From a virus: a DNA stretch of 64,000 bases. Position numbers and translations under genes: made by a program. The notes under the pieces are model-generated. The model saw only the letters and a program-made list of their open reading frames with translations, did not search any database and was not told where the DNA came from. Location: the IMG/VR virus record IMGVR_UViG_3300031949_000004, positions 94,224 through 158,223 of that record. One strand, written 5' to 3'. The first letter of the stretch is position 1. Every line of letters starts with the position of its first letter. Below, piece after piece: positions 18,287 through 27,602 of this stretch.

Positions 18287-19035
18287 GGTAACCACCTCCT
18301 GGCATCTGAATTTACCCCTGGAAAGCTGGGACTGCGCCGTTCGCCGAAGTGCGAATGACCACACGCACTATTAAGTGAACCTTCGTGTTGCACGAGACTC
18401 GGCGAGTGAATGGCATAGTACCAATCTTGTTTGCTGAGCACCTTGGCCACGAGCACATCACAACCATGTCGTCCTTCCCAAAGACTTCCATGAACAAGCA
18501 AAGCTTCGGTTGTTCGGCGCGACAATGTTACGCATTGAGCACCAAAGAAGCTGTAACCCTTGAAGATGCCAAGTGAAGGTACAGGTCTGCTCATTACTGG
18601 CCAGACCTCGCTGTGATAGGAAATCAAGGCCACATCGTCCGGAGTATTTACACGAGAGATATAGTCGAGAGCGCCCTCGCAGATTACAATGTCATCCTGA
18701 AGGATAGTCAAGCTCGTCATGCAAGGCCAGCGATCTACTGTTTCCTGAAGCAAAAACAAAAAGGCATTTCGAGATCCTGTTTCCTCCTGGGTGTTTGCCA
18801 GATTCCAGCCGTCAATCTTGGGTTGATAGTTACCATCGACGATGAGCAAGCGAGAGCCAAACCAAGTATCCGCGTTGGCTAAAGAACGAAGGGCGCTATG
18901 AAGTGTTGAACCTTGAGGTCGAGAACAGGTTTGCATTGTCAAAACATGGTCGCTTGATGGCGAACGAAAATCCACTGCTCGCACTTCGATGGGCACGAGT
19001 TGCGGAGGTTTCCAGGTTGTTTCGAGTGTCAGCAA
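18283..19035 (-). CDS. hypothetical protein (possibly glycan-related)
   Basis: 250-aa ORF within the sugar-modification cassette. Confidence 0.4.
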   Translation of the reverse strand: MLTLETTWKPPQLVPIEVRAVDFRSPSSDHVLTMQTCSRPQGSTLHSALRSLANADTWFGSRLLIVDGNYQPKIDGWNLANTQEETGSRNAFLFLLQETVDRWPCMTSLTILQDDIVICEGALDYISRVNTPDDVALISYHSEVWPVMSRPVPSLGIFKGYSFFGAQCVTLSRRTTEALLVHGSLWEGRHGCDVLVAKVLSKQDWYYAIHSPSLVQHEGSLNSACGHSHFGERRSPSFPGVNSDARRWLP

Positions 19036-19748
19036 TTCTGTCCTACTATGAAACCGTCATAGGTATTCGCACCTGTTCGGCGAAAGCCAAAAGTGTCGCG
19101 TTTTCCCACTACCGCCGTCAGTGTGGGTGGTGAACCACCAGCCCAACGTACGGTAGCGAACCAAGCTGAAATGGTGGAGACGACGGCTCCTTGGAGAATT
19201 ACCACGATGAAACATTGTGAGTTGATGCTGTTCGCGACCGCAAACGTGATGGCCGTTCCGGCCGCATTGCCAGTAACCACATGGACATCGCCTTTACCAC
19301 AATCAATTGTCACGACTTGAGCCCCGGAAGCGGGAGTATAGGGGATTTCAGACGGAACCGGCGGCAAGCTCGATCCGATGGGCGTGATGCTGGCATAGTT
19401 TACTCCGGCTATGACCGCGACTTCGTAGCAGATCCCCAGGGGTGCTGTGATAAGGGGGGGAGTTATGGTGCCTACACCCGGCGTGGAGTCTGAAAGATAG
19501 ATGATATTTCCAATCGCTGGCGCGGCGTCCATGCGAACACGCGTGCCGGGCTCCGCGAAGCCGCCAATGCGGCCATTGGCTCCCGCGAGAACGTCCTCCT
19601 GGCGCACGCCCAGAATACTGGCGATATTGGGCAGAGAATCGGCTAAAGCCAACAAGGCGTCACCAGGCGCGGCACCCGCGCGCACAATCATTCCTGCGAA
19701 TTGAGTTGTTATATTAGCGTTGCTAAAGGATGCATATGCCATGATCAA
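19029..19748 (-). CDS. hypothetical Gly/Ala/Thr-rich protein
   Basis: 239-aa ORF. Confidence 0.4.
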   Translation of the reverse strand: MIMAYASFSNANITTQFAGMIVRAGAAPGDALLALADSLPNIASILGVRQEDVLAGANGRIGGFAEPGTRVRMDAAPAIGNIIYLSDSTPGVGTITPPLITAPLGICYEVAVIAGVNYASITPIGSSLPPVPSEIPYTPASGAQVVTIDCGKGDVHVVTGNAAGTAITFAVANSINSQCFIVVILQGAVVSTISAWFATVRWAGGSPPTLTAVVGKRDTFGFRRTGANTYDGFIVGQNC

Positions 19749-19799
19749 TCTCCATCGGATGACCGGTTGTTACCCACAACACCCAAAATGTCCTCGCCG

Positions 19800-20162
19800 T
19801 CACCTATTTGGACATTTAACACCACATTGCTGAACGCCGTATGCGGTTTCCGCTTTCGTCAGGCATTTCACATCCAAATTAATAAACCTCGTTCTCTGGA
19901 TTTTCTCGCAGGTATCAACGCACACGACTTGACCGTGCTTGGTGGCTTCCGGGCATCCCGCGCTGTAGAGGTTCGCGCAAGCGATCTCACAGTCGCTCAA
20001 AACAGTAGGAGCGTCGCTGACATCTGCATCAGCAATCACGACGGCTGCGTCTGGATAAACCGGTGGTGGTCCCGGCGGAGCCGGAGGCAGGGGTTGCGGG
20101 CATCCAGAGCAGCCGAGGATGCAACCGATAAGAAACGCCACGTGAACGAGATAGCTTTTCAT
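19800..20162 (-). CDS. Cys-rich secreted lipoprotein
   Basis: MKSYLVHVAFLIGCILGCSGC has a signal peptide and lipobox. RBS GGAGA. Also a Pro-rich linker and multiple Cys. Confidence 0.5.
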   Translation of the reverse strand: MKSYLVHVAFLIGCILGCSGCPQPLPPAPPGPPPVYPDAAVVIADADVSDAPTVLSDCEIACANLYSAGCPEATKHGQVVCVDTCEKIQRTRFINLDVKCLTKAETAYGVQQCGVKCPNR

Positions 20163-20188
20163 GATGATCTCCGATTGCCTTGGCATGA

Positions 20189-21028
20189 CTATTCACCAAG
20201 GTTAGCAATGAGGGTGTTGAACGTTCCCCTGCGAATGAATTCCTCAGACACCCAGATCATGCCCTGCTGGCCCCAGGAAAGTCCCCAGGAATTGACGAGC
20301 AAGAACTCCTTCTTGCCGGCGGCATTCGTCCGGTACGCCCCGAAGTAGATCCAGTGATCGGGCAAGACCCCCTGGGGACCGAGCACACGGCTGCCGTCCG
20401 CGCCTTGGAACTCGTTGGTGCCGGCTTGGATGGCGCCCATCACCGCGTGCCCCGTGGCGATGGCCTGGCAGAACTGCGCAATCTTGTCCGAGGCCAGATC
20501 ACCGACTGCATTGAATCCGCGCACGAAGAACATCGACTCGTCTTCAAGCTCAAGCAACGAGGGCTCGTCGTTGACGTGGACTTCAAGGTAGTCGGAATAG
20601 TCCGCCGACTTGGCGGTGCGTCCCTCGTCTTGCTCGTTCTCCAGGGCCACGCCCCATAGATCCATCGCTCGTACGAGCGAATTCGGCATGGCGCCGTCAT
20701 CGACGAGCGGCGGCAAGGATCCATTGGCCTCGGGAACCCTGTCGATGATGCGACCATTGGCATAAAGGCCACGCGGCCAAACGGACGCCGGCAGGATGTG
20801 TCCGTGCGCCGCGAACGTCGTCGTGATGGCCCCGGCGAAGCCATGTCCGGTGCATGATCCCGTGCGCCGCTGATTCCAAATCGGCGGCAAGAACGCCAGG
20901 AGATCGGCCTGCGGTGCCAGGGCATCGGCACGCAGCTTTGCCGCTGGGTGCAGGTGGAAGCCGTTATACTGATGCCCCTCTGGATCGCGCTTGTAACCGA
21001 AACCGTGTGTCGGATGTCCCCATGCCAT
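20189..21028 (-). CDS. papain-like (C1 family) cysteine peptidase
   Basis: Q-x5-C in NQRRTGSCTGHGF, plus GHAV and NSWGLSWG. These match the papain Gln19/Cys25, His159 and Asn175-Ser-Trp-Gly motifs. The start is MAWGH, after AAGGAAA. Confidence 0.7.
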   Translation of the reverse strand: MAWGHPTHGFGYKRDPEGHQYNGFHLHPAAKLRADALAPQADLLAFLPPIWNQRRTGSCTGHGFAGAITTTFAAHGHILPASVWPRGLYANGRIIDRVPEANGSLPPLVDDGAMPNSLVRAMDLWGVALENEQDEGRTAKSADYSDYLEVHVNDEPSLLELEDESMFFVRGFNAVGDLASDKIAQFCQAIATGHAVMGAIQAGTNEFQGADGSRVLGPQGVLPDHWIYFGAYRTNAAGKKEFLLVNSWGLSWGQQGMIWVSEEFIRRGTFNTLIANLGE

Positions 21029-21297
21029 GATGCGTTTCCTTTCGTCTGGTACTTGCCGGCAACCCCCATTATTAGATACCGGAGAAGTCGATTCCACAAG
21101 CCCGGCTTTGAGTCGGCTTTGAGCCCGGCAATGACGCAATCGTAACCCTGGGCACCGGGCGACCCGCAACCCGGAGATCTGAGCACACCTGTGGTACACC
21201 TGTCGCACGAAACCACACTCTACCCATAGCGAAACCAGCCAAACGGTGAGATCATGATTTCACTGAACACGAACATCAACATCGACCTCGCTGCTAG

Positions 21298-22014
21298 ATG
21301 ATAATCCCAAAACTGATACATCTGATCTGGTTGGGTGAGCAGCCCCTGCACCCGCTGATGAACCAATGGCGGTGTCGGTGGAAGGAATTGCACCCCGATT
21401 GGGAGGTTCTGTTATGGACAGATCGAACGGGTGTGTCGATGGTCAGGAGCAACCACTTGCAGGGCGAGGCTCACTTGGCAGCATCACCCGAGCACAATAG
21501 TTTACTCGCTCAAGCCTGTCATCTTTCACAGAGAAGTAATATCTGGCGATACCTGATCATGAACAAGTTTGGAGGGCTCTATGTCGACACCGATGTCGAG
21601 CCCTTCAAACCAGTTGATGACGTTGTTGGCAACCTGACAGCGTTTGCAGCGAAACGCCAGTTACCACCACTCGGGACTTGGCTTCAAAAACAGGAACCTG
21701 TTTACGAGTGCGCATTTTTTGGGGCAGTTCCAGATCATCCTTGGCTTCGTCACCTGGTCAACAACCTTCAGCTTTGCGACCCAGCGGTTTCGCTATCCAT
21801 GGGATGTGGATACTTCACACGCGTCACAAAAGAACACCCCGAGGTGTGCATACTAGACACTCAACTAGTGCTCTTTGAACCTCCCGACGACTGGGAGATG
21901 GCGAGGGAATGCGGATGTGTTCCCGATGTTGGAAAACCTGTTGCTACTTCAATCGTCGCGAAACACCACTGGTCATCAACTTGGTTTGAGAGGAGCTTTC
22001 GATCGTTGAAGTAA
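21298..22014 (+). CDS. glycosyltransferase, GT32 / DXD sugar-binding family
   Basis: N-terminal IPKLIHLIWLG and YVDTDVE (DXD). Paralogue of 40962-41645. Confidence 0.55.
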   Translation: MIIPKLIHLIWLGEQPLHPLMNQWRCRWKELHPDWEVLLWTDRTGVSMVRSNHLQGEAHLAASPEHNSLLAQACHLSQRSNIWRYLIMNKFGGLYVDTDVEPFKPVDDVVGNLTAFAAKRQLPPLGTWLQKQEPVYECAFFGAVPDHPWLRHLVNNLQLCDPAVSLSMGCGYFTRVTKEHPEVCILDTQLVLFEPPDDWEMARECGCVPDVGKPVATSIVAKHHWSSTWFERSFRSLK

Positions 22015-22033
22015 CCTACCACCATCGCCCTGG

Positions 22034-22999
22034 CTACAGGTTTTTCAACATGAAGGCCCAGGCACTCCTCACCATGTCGCCAGTGCTTCGCCTGGGACAC
22101 CATCCCAGTTCGGATACGATCTTTGCTGTTGATGCCACAACATAATCAGGGTCGCCTGGGCGATGAGCAACTGTTGTTGTGCAGACAGATCGCCCGGTGA
22201 CAGAGCGCACGACTTCCACCATCTCGTTCACGCTCGTTCCCATCCCGCTGCCGACGTTGTAAACTCGATAATCACCGGGGTTCAGATCTGACAACAGCGC
22301 CAGAATGGCACTGACAACATCGTCCACGTGAACGTAATCGCGCACACAAGTTCCGTCGACCGTGTTATGCTCATGTCCATTGATCGCGAACGGCTCATTC
22401 CTCAAAACAGCCTGTAAGATCTTGGGAATCAGGTGTGTCTCGGGATCGTGACGTTCGCCAGCGGAGAGGTTGGATGCCGCGCCAGCCACGTTGAACAACC
22501 TCAAGACCCCTACGCCGGCTCCATGTTGCTGGCGAAGCGCGAACAAGACCTTCTCCGCCGCTGCCTTGGATTCAGCATACGGGCTGGCAGGAGCAAGCAG
22601 CGTCTCATCTTCGAGAGCCAGGAGACTATTCCCGTACACCGAACACGAGGATGCAAATACGACACGCTCGCATCTGCATCGTGACATGGCAATGGCTTGA
22701 GCCAGATTCAGAATACCCATACCGTTACTCGTATAGTAACGAAGAGGTTCACGTCGAGATTCTTCAACACTTGCAAGAGAAGCCAGGTGAATCACGGCGT
22801 ATATGGGCTCCTCCAACAACGAAAGAAGTTCGCCGAGGTCGCACACGTTGGCCTTGATGAATCTGGCGCCTGGGGAAACAGTATCTCGATGACCTTGGCT
22901 AAGATCATCGAGCGCGATCACGTCATGACCCTCCGAAAGCAGTCTGTTGGTAACAATCGATCCAATGTAACCGGCGGCTCCTGTGCAAAGCACACGCAT
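22034..22999 (-). CDS. NAD-dependent sugar epimerase/dehydratase (GalE-like)
   Basis: MRVLCTGAAGYIGS Rossmann motif and YAESK (YxxxK) catalytic motif. Confidence 0.75.
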   Translation of the reverse strand: MRVLCTGAAGYIGSIVTNRLLSEGHDVIALDDLSQGHRDTVSPGARFIKANVCDLGELLSLLEEPIYAVIHLASLASVEESRREPLRYYTSNGMGILNLAQAIAMSRCRCERVVFASSCSVYGNSLLALEDETLLAPASPYAESKAAAEKVLFALRQQHGAGVGVLRLFNVAGAASNLSAGERHDPETHLIPKILQAVLRNEPFAINGHEHNTVDGTCVRDYVHVDDVVSAILALLSDLNPGDYRVYNVGSGMGTSVNEMVEVVRSVTGRSVCTTTVAHRPGDPDYVVASTAKIVSELGWCPRRSTGDMVRSAWAFMLKNL

Positions 23000-23001
23000 G
23001 G

Positions 23002-24240
23002 TCACCTTGCCGCGAGAGCCCTTCGCACGAGATCGGCGTTTTTCCACCTGCCCGCCTTGAAGTGGATGAGCTTGGGACGATGGCGCTTGATGCGATCTAG
23101 CCAAACATCGTCTTTGTCATCCTCCAGGTTGTAGAGATCTTCGGGCAAGGGGGTGCAGGTGTAAGACTTCTTGCCTGCGTACGCATCGTGCGCCAAAACC
23201 GAGAGAGCGTGTTGCTCAGCCCAGATACCTGCTTCACCGGTCTTCTCGAAGTGGTCGGACAGTTGTGCCCATTCCGCGAAAAACGTGGTGAGTTCTGGGG
23301 CTCGACGGAAAAAAATCACTCCCGCGTTGACGTCCCCTCGTGCCCTGACGTTGAACATTCGGGTGGCACCCAGGTGAACACCGGCAAGTCTTCCCCAGAC
23401 TTCGGCGAACGGTGCAACCGGCATGACATCCGCATCGAGCCAGACCATGTAGGAAGCGACGCATTTGGTGTGAGATTCAGAAAGTATGTCAATCTTTCTC
23501 CTCCAGTGATCTGATGGAGTGATGCAGGTTCTCTCGGGAGCAGGACGAAATGTCACTCCAGATGGGAGACCTGGCGCCAGCTTCTCCTTCACGGAGGCGG
23601 ATGAAGTATAGACGACAACCTTGCTAGCTCGACCGTGTTCGAGCATTTTGGGCAAGGTCAACCGAAGGCAATCCAAATATCCTTCGGTGCAATAGGTGAT
23701 GATTTCAGGAAGAGAAGGTCGAAGGTCGATCAACCACGAGTGATCTTCGTAGAAGCGATGTGGGGCACCAAAAGCTTCGTCGACAGCTCTCGTCACGCCG
23801 TGAAGCTCTTTCTTCTCCTGGGCATAGTCATGTCCCGCTATGATGCCCCTTGTGCCAAACTTGGGCAGCCAGAGCTTGATATCCTCCTTCACATGCTCGT
23901 AGTCGTGATTGGCGTCGATGTAGACGAAATCAAGCGACCCGTCGAGAAACTCGGGGGCGGCTTTCTTCGAGGTGTTCTTGTTCTTCTTGATGATGGGCGA
24001 AAATTCCTTCACGACCCGATCGAACATGGCCTCGGCGGCTTTCCAGTCGCCCTGCGGCCATGGATCGATGCACGTGAGAGACTTGAACTTTCCGCTTTGG
24101 ACGAAAATGCGGGTACTCTCGCCCGCATAGGATCCAACTTCGACCCCTACCAGGTTGACGGGCAAGTCTCGCACGAGGGCTTCCAGCCCTCGACGGTTGC
24201 TACCGGGGCCGCGCATGAAACGAACATCGAACTCAGACAT
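23002..24240 (-). CDS. two-domain protein: class I SAM-dependent methyltransferase (Methyltransf_24/TylF-like) plus unknown C-terminal domain
   Basis: Motifs VGVEVGSYAGEST, LDFVYIDANHDYEHV and GIIAGHDY. The MSEF start has RBS AAAGGAG. Confidence 0.5.
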   Translation of the reverse strand: MSEFDVRFMRGPGSNRRGLEALVRDLPVNLVGVEVGSYAGESTRIFVQSGKFKSLTCIDPWPQGDWKAAEAMFDRVVKEFSPIIKKNKNTSKKAAPEFLDGSLDFVYIDANHDYEHVKEDIKLWLPKFGTRGIIAGHDYAQEKKELHGVTRAVDEAFGAPHRFYEDHSWLIDLRPSLPEIITYCTEGYLDCLRLTLPKMLEHGRASKVVVYTSSASVKEKLAPGLPSGVTFRPAPERTCITPSDHWRRKIDILSESHTKCVASYMVWLDADVMPVAPFAEVWGRLAGVHLGATRMFNVRARGDVNAGVIFFRRAPELTTFFAEWAQLSDHFEKTGEAGIWAEQHALSVLAHDAYAGKKSYTCTPLPEDLYNLEDDKDDVWLDRIKRHRPKLIHFKAGRWKNADLVRRALAAR

Positions 24241-24943
24241 CTTGAACTCCTTTGGCAACAACTCGCCGATTGCCGAGATGACCAACTTGAAAGTAGAAAC
24301 GGTTGTCGCGAGCATGTCCCGATATGAGCGCGGGCACAATGCCTGTCTTCCAGCAGGCGTATCCGAAGCTGAGTTGATCGCGCTGGCTGCCCCGGAGGTA
24401 TTCGTCCCACCACCGCTGTCCAAAAATCCTCATGCGCTCGCTGTCTCGACGAACGAGAAAGCAGTTCTCCGTGAGTGGCAAGGTGTCGGGAAAGCCGGCT
24501 TGCTCGTAACGTGCAACCACCCGTTCGACAACCTCCCGAACATCGAGCCCCAGTTGAATGACTTTCGCTGCCTCGTGATGCATGGTGGTGCTCGCCGGGT
24601 TAGGATGCGCGAACACCGCAAGCTCGGAAGACCCGAGCAGCCCCTCGGCTTTGGAAGCGAGATCACACCGAAGGCGCAAGTTGGCATCGACGTAGACAGA
24701 GATCTCATGGTCGGGCAAGACGTGATGGGGCAAGAGCTTCGGCATTCGGCTCAAACGTCGTGGTGAAAGCTTCGGGTCCAACGGTTCGATGGTTGAAACA
24801 CACCATCCCGGCGCTCGCAGGTTCGGTTGATCGGTGAAGAGAAAACACGGGACAGTCTGGCCCGGATCGGGAGGCACCGTATCATACGAACCGAACAGAC
24901 AAGAGTAGATCACCGTTCTGGCCGGCGCGACCATCTGCCACAC
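24233..24943 (-). CDS. putative glycosyltransferase-like protein
   Basis: The N-terminus VIYSCLFGSYD resembles DUF616/GT-like proteins. Confidence 0.35.
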   Translation of the reverse strand: MWQMVAPARTVIYSCLFGSYDTVPPDPGQTVPCFLFTDQPNLRAPGWCVSTIEPLDPKLSPRRLSRMPKLLPHHVLPDHEISVYVDANLRLRCDLASKAEGLLGSSELAVFAHPNPASTTMHHEAAKVIQLGLDVREVVERVVARYEQAGFPDTLPLTENCFLVRRDSERMRIFGQRWWDEYLRGSQRDQLSFGYACWKTGIVPALISGHARDNRFYFQVGHLGNRRVVAKGVQDV

Positions 24944-24948
24944 CTGAA

Positions 24949-25188
24949 CTAGGTTACCTGCTTCTCGGCTACGGGAGCGGGGTTCTTGAGCCTCGCGATG
25001 GCACGTTCGTAGGCATGGAGCCGGGCGGCCTTGGCCATGGGCATGGCCGCAAGCTGCTCATCAAACAGCTTGCCGGCGGCGAGCGCGTTCGAGGCGTCGG
25101 CATCCTCCACGCGACTCGGGATTTCGTTGGCGTCAATCAGGAGCGCCTTGTGGCCTTCTTCCAGGAATTCGAGCACTGTCTTCGGCAT
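24949..25188 (-). CDS. hypothetical protein
   Basis: Internal start MPKTVLEFLEE. 79 aa. Confidence 0.3.
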   Translation of the reverse strand: MPKTVLEFLEEGHKALLIDANEIPSRVEDADASNALAAGKLFDEQLAAMPMAKAARLHAYERAIARLKNPAPVAEKQVT

Positions 25189-25317
25189 GATGACCTCGCG
25201 AGATAGGGTGGTTGTTACGGCGACGAATTCACGGGCTCCGGAGCCAGGGGTGCGGCGTCCGGAGCCCGCGTGGGTTGCTTTTTCATGGCACACTTCGACC
25301 TGAACATGGCTGCCCGA

Positions 25318-26208
25318 TCATGATGGCGAGATCTTCTTTGCCTTCCCCCTCTCGACGACGGTGTCAAGCTCATCGGCCGGCACCACAGGAATGCCAAGGT
25401 GAGTTTTCGACTTGCCGCTCAAGCTGTGCAAGAGCGAGACGAGAAGCACCGTGGTAGTCGAGATGCCAGCCAAGACACCGGGCGAGAGCGCAGGGATCTG
25501 CGAGAGCGATTCGAGGAAATTGACGATCACGGTCAGCGCCGAGACGATGAACTCCGAGGTGAAGAAGATCCCTTTCCAAGAGATCCCCCAAGCACGCTTC
25601 TGCATGCAGCGAACGACCGCATAGATGATGGCCACAGCGTTCGCGACCACGAGCCCGTAGGGAGAAGGGATCACGTCCGCGTAGTGCCCACCCAAGGTCG
25701 CGAGCCACAGACCCACGGCAGCCCAGAACGTGTACGTCTTCCAGAACGGCGTCATGGAGATCTTTCCTTTCTTGGCAGATGAAATGGTATCGGTTGCCAT
25801 GGCAGGTTCGATACGTCTGACGATGCACACACCCTGAAAGTTGAAGGTCTCGCCCCGCTGGTTGGTCACGGATATGGCGATGAATTCGCCTTTTTTGATG
25901 GTCTCGAACTCGGGTGAAAACGGCCTGGCATCGTCAGCCGAGAACACGCCGGCCGGCAGCGCGCCCGGCGTGCTCAACTGGCTGTTGCGTCCCACCTTGA
26001 AATCGGTGACCAGGAAGACCGCGCAGATCTCCGCAGGGATGGAGATCCTTTCGATCACGGCATCGAATGGCACCTGGACGCTGATGTTGGCCGAGCAGTG
26101 TCCTTGCACGGCCGTCGAACCAAACCCGATGGGCATCATGCGAACCGGAGCTGGCGGACTTGCCGAATCGCTTGGCTGGTAATCGATGTCGATGGTCGCG
26201 AGTCGCAT
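25318..26208 (-). CDS. membrane protein: N-terminal beta domain homologous to the C-terminus of 27603-28199, then four TM helices
   Basis: ANISVQVPFDAVIERISIPAEICAVFLVTDFKVGRNSQL...ISVTNQRGETFNFQGV aligns with ANINVQPQVIFRPERIVIPSNIAADFLITDVKVGKNSQL...TVSVTNQNGAARNFQGA. Confidence 0.45.
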   Translation of the reverse strand: MRLATIDIDYQPSDSASPPAPVRMMPIGFGSTAVQGHCSANISVQVPFDAVIERISIPAEICAVFLVTDFKVGRNSQLSTPGALPAGVFSADDARPFSPEFETIKKGEFIAISVTNQRGETFNFQGVCIVRRIEPAMATDTISSAKKGKISMTPFWKTYTFWAAVGLWLATLGGHYADVIPSPYGLVVANAVAIIYAVVRCMQKRAWGISWKGIFFTSEFIVSALTVIVNFLESLSQIPALSPGVLAGISTTTVLLVSLLHSLSGKSKTHLGIPVVPADELDTVVERGKAKKISPS

Positions 26209-26218
26209 GGCGATCCTT

Positions 26219-26773
26219 TCAGGCGGCGGGTTTGACGGGCTCCTCGATGCGCAGAAGGTTTTCTAGGTACGAAACGGCTGCCTCACGCTCACGGGCTCGA
26301 CCCACGCGCAGGATGTCCACGGCAGCCATGATGTTGTAGAGCGGTTGGTTCTGAGAGCAGGCGATCGGGATCGTCGGATAGAGCGGGATGAGACCTTCGC
26401 CCATATCCTTGCCCTTGGCGTACGGCCACACGATCGGTATGTCCCCGTCCTTGGTGAACCGGGCGCGAAAAAGTGGTGAAAAGGTCGCCGTGGCGATGCC
26501 TCGCACAACCTCCAGCTTGCGTGGATAGAAGGAGGTGGGCACGCCATGGATGAGGTAGTCGAAGAGCCTTTGCCCCACGACCTGGGCGCCCTGATTGGTG
26601 GACGCCACGAGCTTCGCGGCACGACATCGGCCAAGCGCCTCGAACACACCAGAAGGCGATAGATGCAGGCGCTCCGCGAGCTGCACATACGTCCATTTCT
26701 CGCCTTCCCAGATCGCGAGCTGACACGCAACGAATACGTCCTGTGGTTTCAATGCCGTAGATCGCTCCGACAT
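26219..26773 (-). CDS. HTH (winged-helix) transcriptional regulator
   Basis: The start MSERSTALKPQDVFVACQLAIWEGEKWTYVQLAERLHLSPSGV resembles an HTH. It is transcribed divergently from the + strand structural block. Confidence 0.5.
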   Translation of the reverse strand: MSERSTALKPQDVFVACQLAIWEGEKWTYVQLAERLHLSPSGVFEALGRCRAAKLVASTNQGAQVVGQRLFDYLIHGVPTSFYPRKLEVVRGIATATFSPLFRARFTKDGDIPIVWPYAKGKDMGEGLIPLYPTIPIACSQNQPLYNIMAAVDILRVGRAREREAAVSYLENLLRIEEPVKPAA

Positions 26774-26786
26774 GAAAAAGGACTCT

Positions 26787-26895
26787 ATTCGCGATTCGCA
26801 AACGGCGCAAGACCAAACAATAGGTGAAAGAACTTTCACCAATTAAGTGGTTCACGACGCTGTCATTTCATTCGCAATTCGCGAATGGGCGCAAT
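26787..26895. promoter_or_regulatory. operator-like repeats in the divergent intergenic region
   Basis: Direct repeats ATTCGCGATTCGCAAACGGCGCAA (26787-26810) and ATTCGCAATTCGCGAATGGGCGCAA (26870-26894). An 18-bp perfect palindrome GGTGAAAGAACTTTCACC lies at 26823-26840. Confidence 0.4.
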
Positions 26896-27055
26896 TGAAT
26901 TGCGAGATTCACAAGAAAACCCTGCAATCAATGCCCGGAATTTGCACAGGTTGAATTATCGCCCGGAGCATCGACATCTCTCTTAACCTAGTAGTGTACC
27001 GCCCACGAGTGGGCAATTTCGCGGTTGAGACCGCACCATCACAAGGAGATCTCCA

Positions 27056-27528
27056 TGGCACTCACACTTACAAGGGACAATGTTCTTTCGCGCATCGGTG
27101 GCTACCGGGCGGGAGCCTCGCACCTCATCAGCGGTGCCGGCGCCATGCTCCGAAGGGAAATCAAGGCCGTTCGCACTGCCGAGATCGCCCTCTCCTCGTT
27201 CGCCTTCGGCGTGATCCAGGGCAAGTTCCAGAAGCAGGGTGGCTTGACCCTCGCGGGTCTGCCGGTCGATCTTCTCTCCGGTGCGGCATTCCACGTCGTC
27301 GCACTGTTCGGTTTCGCGCGTCCGTGGTCGCACCACCTGCACGCGTTCGGGGATGGCGCCTTGGCGACCTACCTCGCGACGACGGGCTACCGGGTGGGCG
27401 AGCGTTGGGGCGGGGGCGTCGGCCTCGTCTCCAGCATCAAGGGCGCCTTCGTGGGCGAGGACAAGCCGGTCTCCGGTGGTGCCTCGATCGCCGACGACGA
27501 GCTGCGAAACCTGGTGCGCGGCGAGTAG
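27056..27528 (+). CDS. hypothetical protein (one hydrophobic helix)
   Basis: RBS CAAGGAGA. 157 aa. Confidence 0.5.
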
Positions 27529-27602
27529 CCGAGCACACGGTCAGCAATCGTCAGCAACCACAGCAGAACTGAACCTCAACCTCCGAAACAAAGGACAAAA
27601 CC

